From: Lachnospiraceae bacterium | GTDB lineage: Bacteria; Bacillota; Clostridia; TANB77; CAG-508 | Direction of reading: 5' to 3' | Assembly: GCA_963621995.1 (NCBI GenBank) | Contig: CAVFFZ010000005.1 | Span: 2,930 to 66,929 of the forward strand | Length of the DNA stretch: 64,000 nucleotides | In this document: positions 34,454 to 44,425 of the stretch, one piece after another | How the letters are laid out: each line of letters starts with the position of its first letter | Numbering within the stretch: the stretch's first letter is position 1 | Position numbers and translations under genes: made by a program | The notes under the pieces: model-generated | Databases searched by the model: none | Seen by the model: the letters and a program-made list of their open reading frames with translations, nothing else | Told to the model about the DNA's origin: nothing

Positions 34454-34532
34454 AGGACAATTGGGGACGGGTCACTTTTGTCCTTTACATAATTTTGACT
34501 AAGGACAAAAGTGACCCGTCCCCAATTGTCCT
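34454..34532. repeat. Perfect 31-bp inverted repeat (AGGACAATTGGGGACGGGTCACTTTTGTCCT) with a 17-nt loop
   Basis: Left arm 34454-34484, right arm 34502-34532, exact reverse complements. Conspicuously GC-rich against the AT-rich background. Lies between the permease and binding-protein genes. Confidence 0.9.
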
Positions 34533-34631
34533 GAATAGAGTTATTAAAATAAAAATAGGAACAACTGGGCAAGCAAATGAATAAAATATAACATAATGTT
34601 TTTACATTCAAAATAAATAGAAAGGGGAATA

Positions 34632-35645
34632 ATGATGAAAAAATATTTTATCATCGCAATTGTAATTATACTTGTAGCTGTGGGTCTTATTTGCTATTTT
34701 ACTACAAGGGATAATTCAAAAGAAGTAGCACTTCAAAAAGTAAGAGTAAATGAAGTAACAAGATCTGTTTTTTATGCACCTCAATATGTAGCAATAGCTA
34801 AAGGATTTATGAAAGAAGAAGGCTTAGAGGTAGAGTTAACAACAGGGCAAGGAGCAGACAAAGTTATGACTGCAGTCTTAGCAAATCAAAGTGACATAGG
34901 TTTTGCAGGGCCAGAAGCAAGTATATACGTATATAACGAAGGAAAAGAAGATTATTGTGAAGTATTTGCACAATTAACACAAAAAGATGGCTCTTTTTTA
35001 GTTTCAAGAGAAAAAACAGAAAATTTTAGTTGGCAAGATTTAAAAGGAAAAACAATTATACCAGGAAGAAAAGGTGGAGTTCCATACATGACATTTGAGT
35101 ATGTATTAAAGAAAAATGGAATAAACCCTGAAACAGATTTAGTATTAGATGATAGCATTAAATTTGATTTAATGGCAGGAGCATTTTCAGGAGGCACAGC
35201 AGACTATGTAACATTATTTGAACCTACAGCAACAATGACTGAAAATGCTGGAAAGGGTTATGTTGTAGCATCTGTTGGAGAAGCTTCAGGAGAAATACCA
35301 TACACAGCATATTTTGCTAAAAAAAGTTATATTGAAAATAATAGTGAAACAATCCAAAAATTTACAAACGCAATATATAAAGGGCAAAAATGGGTGGAAG
35401 AACATAGTATGAAAGAAGTTGCAGAAGCAATAAAAAGTTTCTTCCCAGATACAGATGTAGAGCTATTAGCAACTGTATTACAAAGCTATAAAGACATAGA
35501 TGCTTGGAAAACTACACCAGTAATGAAAGAAGAATCATATAATTTATTACAAACTGTAATGGAAGAAGCAGGAGAATTAAAACAAAAAGCACCATTTAAT
35601 AAAGTAATAAACAATTCATATGCTAAAAAAGCAATAAAAAAATAA
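34632..35645 (+). CDS. ABC transporter substrate-binding protein (NMT1/THI5-like, NitT/TauT family)
   Basis: N-terminal TM/signal anchor, then VRVNEVTRSVFYAPQYVA..KGF..EEGL.VEL...G. Genomic context with the ATPase and permease genes. Confidence 0.75.
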   Translation: MMKKYFIIAIVIILVAVGLICYFTTRDNSKEVALQKVRVNEVTRSVFYAPQYVAIAKGFMKEEGLEVELTTGQGADKVMTAVLANQSDIGFAGPEASIYVYNEGKEDYCEVFAQLTQKDGSFLVSREKTENFSWQDLKGKTIIPGRKGGVPYMTFEYVLKKNGINPETDLVLDDSIKFDLMAGAFSGGTADYVTLFEPTATMTENAGKGYVVASVGEASGEIPYTAYFAKKSYIENNSETIQKFTNAIYKGQKWVEEHSMKEVAEAIKSFFPDTDVELLATVLQSYKDIDAWKTTPVMKEESYNLLQTVMEEAGELKQKAPFNKVINNSYAKKAIKK

Positions 35646-35715
35646 CTTCTTTGGGGATAAAGAAAAAAACAGCTAAAAAAAATTGGCTGTTTTTTTGCCC
35701 CGCCCCCAAAAACAG

Positions 35716-36339
35716 TTATTTATATAACAACTTAATTTTATTTCCATTTTTGGCTATAAAGCCTTCATCAATTAGATTTTTAAGTTCCCTCATCATAGCA
35801 CTTCTATCTACACTTAAATAATCTGCTAAATTTGTAAAAGAAAAAGGAATAGTAACAGATTTACTAAAGTCCTTGCTGGAGAGAATTGAAAGATATGTTA
35901 AAATTTTTTCTCTGATAGTTCGTTTAGATAAAACTTCAATTCTTGTATTTTGATGTACGGCATTTCTTAAAGTTAATTCTAATATAATAGAAGATAAAGT
36001 AGAATGAAATTTACAATTTTCTTTGCAATTATATGCAATGTCATCATGTAATAAAAATAAAACATCACAAGGAGAAATAGCTGTAACCGTAAGTTCATTA
36101 TTGGTATGGACAGGATAAAATGCTTCACCAAAAATGTCTGAGGTATTAAATTTATCTACAATATCTTGATTGCCATTTAAAGCAAATCTAATTAAGTCAG
36201 CCCTTCCATCAAGCATAATACAAATTTGATTTCTTTTTTGAATATATGTAGTTATAGTTTCATTTTTATTAAAATGCTTTTTTTGAACTTTGGAACAGCC
36301 GTGTTCTAAAGTATTTATTAAATCAAAAATTTCAGACAT
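35716..36339 (-). CDS. Crp/Fnr-family transcriptional regulator
   Basis: cNMP-binding-like beta-roll N-terminal domain (..GEAF..) and a C-terminal HTH (FTNLADYLSVDRSAMMRELKNLIDEG). Confidence 0.75.
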   Translation of the reverse strand: MSEIFDLINTLEHGCSKVQKKHFNKNETITTYIQKRNQICIMLDGRADLIRFALNGNQDIVDKFNTSDIFGEAFYPVHTNNELTVTAISPCDVLFLLHDDIAYNCKENCKFHSTLSSIILELTLRNAVHQNTRIEVLSKRTIREKILTYLSILSSKDFSKSVTIPFSFTNLADYLSVDRSAMMRELKNLIDEGFIAKNGNKIKLLYK

Positions 36340-36548
36340 AGTATATAATCACATCACTTTCAAAAACTATATATTATATGAAAAAAGTTTGTCTCGAAAT
36401 AACGGTTTTATTTATGTTAAGATTATACCCTAAAATCCGCAGTATTGCAACAAAATTTGACAAAAAATATTTGTAATCTAAATGTAATAAAAGAAATCAA
36501 TTTAGAACGCCAAGAGATACAAATTATTTAAAAAATAAATTTTATTAT

Positions 36549-36595
36549 TGTTGCATTTGCAACAGAAAAATAAAAAACTTAATATATAATAAGTT
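36549..36595 (+). promoter_or_regulatory. Two palindromic candidate operators upstream of nrdD: TGTTGCATTTGCAACA (36549-36564) and AACTTAATATATAATAAGTT (36576-36595, NrdR-box-like, overlaps a TATAAT)
   Basis: Read directly. The second is an AT-rich near-palindrome at the position where NrdR boxes usually lie in nrd promoters. The first could serve the divergent Crp/Fnr regulator. Confidence 0.3.
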
Positions 36596-36626
36596 CATAA
36601 ACAAAAACGGAAGGGGAAACGAAACA

Positions 36627-38753
36627 ATGAAGGTAATAAAAAGAGATGGCAGAGCAGTAGATTATAATAGAGAAAAAATCCTCACTGCAATTGAAAAAGC
36701 AAACAAAGAAGTAAAACCAAAAGAAAGAGTAACAAAAGAAGAAATTAAAGAAATAACAAAATATATAGAGGAACTAGATAAAAAAAGAATATTAGTAGAA
36801 GATATTCAAGACATTATAGAAGAACAATTAATGGACTTAAAAAAATTTGAACTTGCTAAAAAATATATGATTTATCGTTATACAAGAGCATTAGTAAGAA
36901 AAGCAAACACAACAGATGAATCAATATTAGGATTAATTAAAAATCAAAACAAAGAACTATTAGAAGAAAATTCAAACAAAAATGCAGTTTTAGCTTCAAC
37001 ACAAAGAGATTACATAGCAGGAGAAGTTTCTAAAGATTTAACTAAAAGAATTTTATTGCCTGAAAAAATAACAAAAGCACACGAAGATGGAATTCTACAT
37101 TTTCATGATATGGACTACTTCTTACAACCAATATTCAACTGTTGTTTAATAAACATAGGAGACATGTTGGATAACGGTACAGTAATGAATGGTAAATTAA
37201 TAGAATCACCAAAAAGTTTCCAAGTAGCTTGTACAGTAATGACACAAATAATTGCTGCAGTAGCATCTAACCAATATGGTGGACAATCTGTAGATATTAG
37301 CCATTTAGGAAAGTATGTAAGAAAAAGTTATGAAAAATTTAGAAAAACTTTTGAAAAAGAATTTGGAAATGAATTGTCAGAAGATATAATAGAAAGATTA
37401 ACACAGCAAAGACTTAAAAAAGAAATAGCAGCAGGAGTACAAACAATTCAATATCAAATAAATACATTAATGACAACAAATGGACAATCTCCATTTGTAA
37501 CAATATTCTTAAACTTAAAGAAAGATGATCCATACATTAAAGAAAATGCAATGGTAATTGAAGAAGTTATCAGACAAAGATATGAAGGAATTAAAAATGA
37601 AAAAGGTGTATATGTTACACCAGCTTTCCCTAAATTAATATATGTACTAGACGAACACAACTGCTTAAAAGGTGGAGAATATGACTATTTAACAAAACTT
37701 GCAGTAAAATGTTCAGCAAAAAGATTATACCCAGATTATATTTCAGCTAAAAAAATGCGTGAAAACTATGAAGGAAATGTATTTAGCCCAATGGGATGCA
37801 GAAGTTTCTTATCTCCATGGAAAGATGAAAATGGAAACTACAAATTTGAAGGAAGATTTAACCAAGGTGTTGTTAGTATTAACTTACCTCAAATTGGTAT
37901 TATTGCAGATGGCAACGAAGAAAAATTCTGGAAACTATTAGATGAAAGATTAGATATATGTAAAGAAGCATTAATGTGCAGACACTATGCTTTACTTGGA
38001 ACACTTTCTAACACAAGTCCAATACACTGGAGATATGGAGCAATAGCTCGTATGGAACCAGGAGAAAAAATAGATGAATTATTAAAAGGTGGATATTCAA
38101 CACTTTCATTAGGATATATAGGTATTTATGAAACTACAAAATTAATAAAAGGTGTATCACACACTACTCCAGAAGGACATGATTTTGCAATTAAAGTAAT
38201 GAAACGTTTAAGAGATGCAACAGCAGAATGGAAAAAAGAAACAGGACTTGGATTTGCATTATATGGAACACCAGCAGAAAGTCTATGTTATAGATTTGCA
38301 AGAATAGATAAAGAAAAATTTGGAGAAATAAAAGACATAACAGACAAAGGATATTATACAAATTCTTATCATGTAGACGTTAGAGAAAAAATTGACGCAT
38401 TTTCAAAACTAAAATTTGAAAGTGAATTCCAAGAATTATCACTTGGAGGAGCAATTTCTTATGTTGAAATACCAAATATGAGAAATAACTTAAAAGCTCT
38501 AGAAGATTTAGTAAAATTCATTTACGATAATATTCAATATGCAGAATTTAATACAAAATCAGATTACTGCCATGTTTGTGGATTTGACGGAGAAATAATA
38601 ATAAATGATAACCTAGAATGGGAATGCCCAAATTGCGGAAATAAAGATAAAAACAAAATGAACGTAACAAGAAGAACATGTGGCTACTTAGGAGAAAACT
38701 TCTGGAATGAAGGAAAAACAAAAGAAATTAAATCAAGAGTATTACATTTATAA
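36627..38753 (+). CDS. nrdD: Anaerobic ribonucleoside-triphosphate reductase
   Basis: N-terminal ATP-cone (VIKRDGR.V.YN..KI), C-terminal Zn ribbon CHVCG...CPNCG and glycyl-radical motif RRTCGYLG. Confidence 0.95.
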   Translation: MKVIKRDGRAVDYNREKILTAIEKANKEVKPKERVTKEEIKEITKYIEELDKKRILVEDIQDIIEEQLMDLKKFELAKKYMIYRYTRALVRKANTTDESILGLIKNQNKELLEENSNKNAVLASTQRDYIAGEVSKDLTKRILLPEKITKAHEDGILHFHDMDYFLQPIFNCCLINIGDMLDNGTVMNGKLIESPKSFQVACTVMTQIIAAVASNQYGGQSVDISHLGKYVRKSYEKFRKTFEKEFGNELSEDIIERLTQQRLKKEIAAGVQTIQYQINTLMTTNGQSPFVTIFLNLKKDDPYIKENAMVIEEVIRQRYEGIKNEKGVYVTPAFPKLIYVLDEHNCLKGGEYDYLTKLAVKCSAKRLYPDYISAKKMRENYEGNVFSPMGCRSFLSPWKDENGNYKFEGRFNQGVVSINLPQIGIIADGNEEKFWKLLDERLDICKEALMCRHYALLGTLSNTSPIHWRYGAIARMEPGEKIDELLKGGYSTLSLGYIGIYETTKLIKGVSHTTPEGHDFAIKVMKRLRDATAEWKKETGLGFALYGTPAESLCYRFARIDKEKFGEIKDITDKGYYTNSYHVDVREKIDAFSKLKFESEFQELSLGGAISYVEIPNMRNNLKALEDLVKFIYDNIQYAEFNTKSDYCHVCGFDGEIIINDNLEWECPNCGNKDKNKMNVTRRTCGYLGENFWNEGKTKEIKSRVLHL

Positions 38754-38834
38754 TATGAAAGTTGAAAATTAGAATTTAGACATATATCTAAAGTCTAAAT
38801 TCTAACCTTCTTCTTTCAATAGAAAGGGTAAAAA

Positions 38835-39380
38835 ATGAAATATGCAAAAATAAAAAATTGTGATGTAGCAAATGGACCAGGAGTTAGAGTTTCATTATTT
38901 GTAAGCGGATGCAATCACCATTGCAAAAACTGTTTTAATAGAGAAGCATGGGACTTTAACTATGGAAATGATTTTACAGAAAAAGAAGAAAAAGAAATAA
39001 TAGATGATTTAAAACCAGAATATATTACAGGATTAAGTCTTCTAGGTGGGGAACCCTTTGAAAAAACAAACCAAGAAGGATTAGTTCCACTAATAAAAAA
39101 AGTAAAAGAAACATATCCAAACAAAAAAATTTGGTGTTATACAGGATTTACATTTGATAAACAAATACTAGGACAAATGATAGGCGAAGAACATAGAAAA
39201 ATTACAAAAGAAATGTTAGATAACATAGACTATATAGTAGACGGAAGATTTGTAGATGAATTAAGAGATCCAAAATTGAGATTTAGAGGTTCTTCAAACC
39301 AAAGAATTATAGATGTAAAGAAGAGTTTAGCCAAAAATGAAGTAGTAATTTGGGACGGTCTTGATAAAGACGTAGGATAA
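38835..39380 (+). CDS. nrdG: Anaerobic ribonucleotide reductase activating protein (radical SAM)
   Basis: DVANGPGVRVSLFVSGCNHHCKNCFN cluster motif. Immediately downstream of nrdD. Confidence 0.9.
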   Translation: MKYAKIKNCDVANGPGVRVSLFVSGCNHHCKNCFNREAWDFNYGNDFTEKEEKEIIDDLKPEYITGLSLLGGEPFEKTNQEGLVPLIKKVKETYPNKKIWCYTGFTFDKQILGQMIGEEHRKITKEMLDNIDYIVDGRFVDELRDPKLRFRGSSNQRIIDVKKSLAKNEVVIWDGLDKDVG

Positions 39381-39513
39381 ATTTCTGTACATGTATTGAC
39401 AAAAAGCAACTAATTAAGGTATAATACAAACTGCGTAGGTAGAAAAAAGTAAAAATCTACCAATTACATCCCACACTAAGTAAGTGTAGTTACCGGAAGG
39501 AGGGGAACACTAA

Positions 39514-39684
39514 ATGTCAGAGATTAAAGTTAATAATGGAAATATAGAAGACGCCTTAAAAAGATTTAAAAGACAATGCGCAAGAAATGGCGTATTGCAA
39601 GAGGTACGTAAAAGAGAACATTATGAAAAACCAAGCGTAAAGAGAAAGAAAAAATCAGAGGCTGCAAGAAAAAGAAAATTTTAA
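39514..39684 (+). CDS. rpsU: 30S ribosomal protein S21 (not in the ORF track, under 60 aa)
   Basis: My translation is [56 protein letters not shown], nearly identical in its C-terminal half to B. subtilis S21. RBS GGAAGGAGG. Confidence 0.9.
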   Translation: MSEIKVNNGNIEDALKRFKRQCARNGVLQEVRKREHYEKPSVKRKKKSEAARKRKF

Positions 39685-39768
39685 TTAGAAATGGGGGTTG
39701 GAAATTAGGGATTACACTAATAATTTCCAGCCTTTTTGTATGTTAAACATAATTAAGGAGGAATTTAT

Positions 39769-40209
39769 ATGTTAAAAGAAAAATTATTAGAAGATATGAA
39801 AGTATCAATGAGAGACAAAAAAATAATTAGAAAAAATGTTATTCAAATGGTAAGAGCAGCAATATTACAAGTAGAAAAAGATAAACAAATAGAACTAAAT
39901 GATGAACAAATTACAGAAATAATAGCAAAAGAATCTAAAAAAAGAAAAGACTCATTAGCAGATTATGAAAAAAGTGGAAGACAAGACTTAATAGATCAAA
40001 TAAATGAAGAAATAGAAATACTTTCAGAATATTTACCAAAACCATTAACAACAGAAGAAATAGAAAAAATAGTAGAAGATGTTATAGCTTCAACAGGAGC
40101 AAGCACAATGAAAGATATGGGAATAGTTATGAAAGAAGCAAAAGCCAAAATAGGACCAGCAGCAGATGGAAAAACAATTAATGAAATAGTAAAACAAAAA
40201 TTAAATTAA
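39769..40209 (+). CDS. yqeY: GatB/YqeY domain protein
   Basis: LKEKLLEDMKVSMRDK...SKKRKDSLADYEKSGRQDL....EIEILSEYLP..L...E....V......GAS.MKDMG.VM matches YqeY. The rpsU-yqeY synteny is as in Bacillus. Confidence 0.85.
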   Translation: MLKEKLLEDMKVSMRDKKIIRKNVIQMVRAAILQVEKDKQIELNDEQITEIIAKESKKRKDSLADYEKSGRQDLIDQINEEIEILSEYLPKPLTTEEIEKIVEDVIASTGASTMKDMGIVMKEAKAKIGPAADGKTINEIVKQKLN

Positions 40210-40242
40210 CAACCAAAATGTAAATGTTTTGTCAATAAATGT

Positions 40243-40278
40243 GGAAAAAATATACAAGGTGCCTTGTATATTTTTTCC
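40243..40278 (+). terminator. Rho-independent terminator after yqeY
   Basis: GGAAAAAATATACAAGG-TG-CCTTGTATATTTTTTCC. Confidence 0.85.
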
Positions 40279-40401
40279 ATTTTGTATTATAATATTAAAA
40301 AATGATGGATTGAGGACTTTTCATTTAACATTATAAGAATAATGCCAAACGGAACAGATTAACTTTTTGGAAACGTCCCAAAAGAGTAGTAGGAGGGAAA
40401 T

Positions 40402-41664
40402 ATGCTAGATAAAAAACATGAAATAAAAGGAGGAATTACGTTCCACCAAATAGAAACAAATAAATTTAAAACAGATTTATTTGCAACTTTCTTAACTGTA
40501 CCTTTAAATAGAGAAACAGTTACAAAAAATGCATTACTTGCAGCAGTTTTAAGAAGAGGAACTAAAGAGTTGCCTTCTCAAGAATTAATAAGCAAAGAAC
40601 TAGAAGAAATGTACGGAGCTTCTTTCGATTGTGGTATAGAAAAATCAGGAGATTACCATACTTTTAAGTTTTACCTAGAAACAATAAACAATAGTTATTT
40701 GCCGGAAAATGAAAATTTAAGTAAAAAAGGACTAGAATTGTTACTTTCTATAGTATTTAACCCATATACAGAAAATGGAGCTTTCAAAGAAGAATATTTA
40801 AAAGGGGAAAAAGAAAATTTAAAACAAATAATAGAAGGAAAAATAGATAATAAAGCAATATATGCATTAGACAGATGTATAGAGGAAATGTACAAAAATA
40901 AACCATATGGACTTTACAAATATGGATATATAGAAGATATAGACAAAATATCAGCAAAAGAATTATATGAATATTATTTAGAAGTAATAAAAGAGTGTAA
41001 AATAGATATTTTTGCATCAGGTGAAAATATTGAAGAACTACAAAAAACAATAAAAGAAAATAAATATTTACAAAAATTAGAACAAAGAAAGCCTAAAATT
41101 ATTAAAGAAGAACAAAAACAAGAAGTAAAAGAACAAAAAATAATAAAAGAAAGTATGGATGTAACACAAGGGAAATTAATAATGGGATTAGACGTAATAT
41201 CTAAAACTAAAAATGCAAGTTATATAACAATGGTATATAATACAATTTTAGGAGTAGGAGCAAATTCAAAACTATTCCAAAATGTAAGAGAAAAGGCGAG
41301 TTTAGCATATACATGTGGCTCAAACTTTGTTAAAAGAAAACAAATAATATTAATAAGAGCTGGAATAGAAATAGAAAACTATGAAAAAGCTGTAAATATT
41401 ATAAATGAACAATTAAAAGACATGAAGAAAGGCAATTTTACAGAAGAAAATTTGGAAAGTGCTAAAAATTTAATTTATGCAACTATTAACAACATAGAAG
41501 AAGAACAAGATACTGAAATTAGTTACTATTTTGGTCAAGAATTATCAGGAAATAATGTTACAATAGAAGAATACAAAGATAAAATAAGAAATGTAACTAA
41601 AGAAGAAGTTATTGAAGTTGCACAAAATATAAAACCAAATATAATTTACTTTTTAAAGGATTAA
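40402..41664 (+). CDS. M16-family (insulinase-like) protein lacking the HxxEH zinc motif (YmfF/YfmF-type partner)
   Basis: M16 fold-like sequence with no HxxEH. Paired with an active-type M16 gene downstream. Confidence 0.65.
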   Translation: MLDKKHEIKGGITFHQIETNKFKTDLFATFLTVPLNRETVTKNALLAAVLRRGTKELPSQELISKELEEMYGASFDCGIEKSGDYHTFKFYLETINNSYLPENENLSKKGLELLLSIVFNPYTENGAFKEEYLKGEKENLKQIIEGKIDNKAIYALDRCIEEMYKNKPYGLYKYGYIEDIDKISAKELYEYYLEVIKECKIDIFASGENIEELQKTIKENKYLQKLEQRKPKIIKEEQKQEVKEQKIIKESMDVTQGKLIMGLDVISKTKNASYITMVYNTILGVGANSKLFQNVREKASLAYTCGSNFVKRKQIILIRAGIEIENYEKAVNIINEQLKDMKKGNFTEENLESAKNLIYATINNIEEEQDTEISYYFGQELSGNNVTIEEYKDKIRNVTKEEVIEVAQNIKPNIIYFLKD

Positions 41665-41738
41665 AAAAGTATAAAATGCAAGGAAAGGAGAGTATAATGT
41701 ATTTTAATTTTAAACAAAATATGTTATACAAATAAAAA

Positions 41739-43007
41739 ATGAAAGTTATAGAAAGCCTTAAAATAAAAGAAAAAATATATATGGAAAAACTAGAAAATGG
41801 ATTAACAATTATGATAGTTCCTAAAAATACAACAAATAAAAAATATGTAATTTGGGGTACACATTTTGGATCTATAGATAATCATTTTATTATGCCAAAT
41901 ACAAAAGAAGAAGTGTCTGTACCAGATGGGGTGGCACATTTCCTAGAACATAAAATGTTTGAACAAGAAAATGGAAGAAATAGTTTAGATGTTCTAATGG
42001 GCTTAGGAGTAGATGCAAACGCATATACAACCAATAACCATACAGCATATCTTTTTGAAACAACAGAAAACTTCTATGAAGCATTAGACGAACTAATGGA
42101 TTATGTGCAACATCCATACTTTACAGATGAAAATGTAGAAAAAGAAAAAGGTATTATAGGCCAAGAAATAGGAATGTATGATGACGACCCAGGCTGGAGA
42201 TTATACATGAATGCTTTGGATTGCTTATATCATGATAATGTTATAAAAATAGATATAGCTGGAACTGTAGAATCTATTAGTAAAATAGACAAAGATGTTT
42301 TATATAAATGCTATAATACATTTTATAATCCTTCAAACATGGTAATGGTAGTGTGTGGAGATTTTGAACCCCAAAAAATGTTAGAAGAAATAAAGAAAAG
42401 ATTAGTAGAAAAGCCAAAACAAGGTGAAATAAAAAGAATTTATGCACAAGAGAAAAAAGAAATTCACATGCCATACAAAGAAGACACTATGGAAGTAAGT
42501 TCTCCAATATTTATGGTTGGATTTAAAGATGAAATAGAAGAAAAAAATAAAGTTCAAAGACATATAGCAATAGAAATATTAATGAATATGCTAATTGGAA
42601 AAAGCTCACCTTTATACCAAAAATTGTATAATGAAGGATTACTAATGAACCAGCCAGACTTAGATTATGAATTTTCTAACGATTATGCACATGTATTAAT
42701 TGCAAGCCAATCAAAAGAGCCTAAAAAAATTCAAGAAGAATTATTAAAAGAAATAAAAAGGCTACAAGAAAATTTTGATGAAGCACATTTCAATAGAATA
42801 AGAAAAAAAATATATGGAGATTATGTAGCAGAATATAACAATGTAGCAGATATTTCCAGAATGTTATTATCAGATTATTTTAAAGGAGTTCAAACTTTTG
42901 ATTATATAGAACAATTTTCAACAGTAACTTTAGAATATACTAGACAAATTCTACAAGAAGTTTTTGATGAAAAAAGATGTATTTTGTCAGTTATTAAAAC
43001 AAAATAA
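41739..43007 (+). CDS. M16-family zinc peptidase (YmfH/YfmH-type)
   Basis: HFLEH zinc-binding motif (GVAHFLEHKMFE), downstream E of the NAYT...T.Y region, 422 aa. Confidence 0.75.
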   Translation: MKVIESLKIKEKIYMEKLENGLTIMIVPKNTTNKKYVIWGTHFGSIDNHFIMPNTKEEVSVPDGVAHFLEHKMFEQENGRNSLDVLMGLGVDANAYTTNNHTAYLFETTENFYEALDELMDYVQHPYFTDENVEKEKGIIGQEIGMYDDDPGWRLYMNALDCLYHDNVIKIDIAGTVESISKIDKDVLYKCYNTFYNPSNMVMVVCGDFEPQKMLEEIKKRLVEKPKQGEIKRIYAQEKKEIHMPYKEDTMEVSSPIFMVGFKDEIEEKNKVQRHIAIEILMNMLIGKSSPLYQKLYNEGLLMNQPDLDYEFSNDYAHVLIASQSKEPKKIQEELLKEIKRLQENFDEAHFNRIRKKIYGDYVAEYNNVADISRMLLSDYFKGVQTFDYIEQFSTVTLEYTRQILQEVFDEKRCILSVIKTK

Positions 43008-43165
43008 AATAATATGTCGAAAAAAGTAAAAAAACGTAAAAAGATGACATACGAAAATTTTAAAAAAACTCAGAAATAGGGTTTTTTTTATTGACTAAAT
43101 TGTAAAAATATGGTAGTTTATAATTAAAGTAAAAGAAAAAGCAATAAAAATAGAGGAGGGGTTAT

Positions 43166-43345
43166 ATGTTAAATGATGAAATTTGTAAATTAAGAGATAA
43201 ATTAAATGAAAGTATAGTTTCAGGGCAAGATTATAGTATAACCTATAAATTAAGTGTAGAGTTAGATGAATTAATTGCTAAATACTACCGAAGAAATAAA
43301 GAACTACAAAAGCAGAGAGAAGAAAGTTGTGTATTAGTAAAATAA
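43166..43345 (+). CDS. Spo0E-family aspartyl-phosphate phosphatase-like small protein (59 aa, not in the ORF track)
   Basis: My translation is MLNDEICKLRDKLNESIVSGQDYSITYKLSVELDELIAKYYRRNKELQKQREESCVLVK. It shows the Spo0E-like I..LR..L...........LS.ELD.LI pattern. RBS GAGGAGGGG, with a terminator following. Confidence 0.6.
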   Translation: MLNDEICKLRDKLNESIVSGQDYSITYKLSVELDELIAKYYRRNKELQKQREESCVLVK

Positions 43346-43353
43346 AATGAAAG

Positions 43354-43388
43354 GTCTTATTACATTAAAAAGTGTAATAAGACTTTTT
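43354..43388 (+). terminator. Rho-independent terminator
   Basis: GTCTTATTACA-N8-TGTAATAAGAC followed by TTTTT. Confidence 0.8.
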
Positions 43389-43463
43389 ATTTGGGAAAAA
43401 GTTGAAAAATAAAATTAAATAAGTTATAATTATAGTATAACGAAAAATTGGAGGAAATAACAT

Positions 43464-43865
43464 ATGAAGAATACAAAAAAAATGAGTGTAATACAAATAA
43501 TAATAATGATTATTGCTTTAATTATGACATTAGGAACAACTGTATTTGCAGGACCGTATACTGATTTAGATGATAGTGACTATCAACAAATAGTAACTGA
43601 TAATTATAAACCACGCGAATTAACAACAGCAGATTATCAGACTGCTTTTAATATGGCTTCAACTATAGTAGGGGCACTTACAACTGTTGGAACAGTTATA
43701 GCAGTTGTTGGAATTATAATATTAGGACTTAAATATATGATGGGAAGCGTAGAGCAAAAAGCAGATTATAAAAAGACAATGATACCATATTTAGTTGGCT
43801 GTATATTGATTTTCTGCATATCAACAATTGTATCTATTATATACAAATTGGCATCACAATTATAA
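43464..43865 (+). CDS. VirB2/TrbC-like T4SS pilin-family membrane protein, paralog 1
   Basis: Signal peptide, then two TM helices separated by KYMMGSVEQKADYKKTMIPYLVG. Shares this core with the next two genes. Confidence 0.65.
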   Translation: MKNTKKMSVIQIIIMIIALIMTLGTTVFAGPYTDLDDSDYQQIVTDNYKPRELTTADYQTAFNMASTIVGALTTVGTVIAVVGIIILGLKYMMGSVEQKADYKKTMIPYLVGCILIFCISTIVSIIYKLASQL

Positions 43866-43934
43866 AAAATAGTAGTAAATAAACAATAAATATAAAATTT
43901 ATTTATACCTTTTAAGAAAGGAGAATTATAAGAA

Positions 43935-44336
43935 ATGAAAAAAATAAAAATAGTAACAGTCATATTGTTAATATTACTAAGTATAATAACTATAACTAAA
44001 CCAATATATGCAGCAGATACTGTTGAAAAACATACTGCAGGGGAAATTATACAAGAAGGAAAAAAATTTATAACAATAGGAGAAAAAGAAGCAGATAAAA
44101 TTAGCCAAGATAATTTAATAAATATGTCAGATACAATATATAATATTCTATTAGTAGCAGGTATAATTATAGCAATTATTGTAGGATTAATAATGGGTAT
44201 AAAATTTATAATGGGTGGAATAGAGGAAAAGGCAGAAATAAAGGCAATGCTTATACCATATATAATTGGTTGTGTAGTTGTATTTGGAGCTTTTACAATA
44301 TGGAAGGTTGTTGTAGATATATTACAATCAGTGTAA
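43935..44336 (+). CDS. VirB2/TrbC-like T4SS pilin-family membrane protein, paralog 2
   Basis: Signal peptide and the core GIKFIMGGIEEKAEIKAMLIPYIIG between two TM helices. Confidence 0.65.
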   Translation: MKKIKIVTVILLILLSIITITKPIYAADTVEKHTAGEIIQEGKKFITIGEKEADKISQDNLINMSDTIYNILLVAGIIIAIIVGLIMGIKFIMGGIEEKAEIKAMLIPYIIGCVVVFGAFTIWKVVVDILQSV

Positions 44337-44425
44337 AATTTAGAAAAATACGTAGAAAATGGTTGAAAAATAAAAAAATATATATTATAATAAAAATAAC
44401 AATGTAAAAGAGGAGGAGAAATCAT

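Noticed and set aside
41697-41741. RBS-proximal ATG 41697 in frame with the M16 peptidase but separated from ATG 41739 by a TAA (MYFNFKQNMLYK*KM...), a possible nonsense mutation or readthrough
   Set aside because: The 12-codon piece has no similarity I can recognise to M16 N-termini, and a downstream ATG gives a full-length protein with HFLEH. It is most likely an incidental upstream mini-ORF. I cannot exclude a leader-peptide role.
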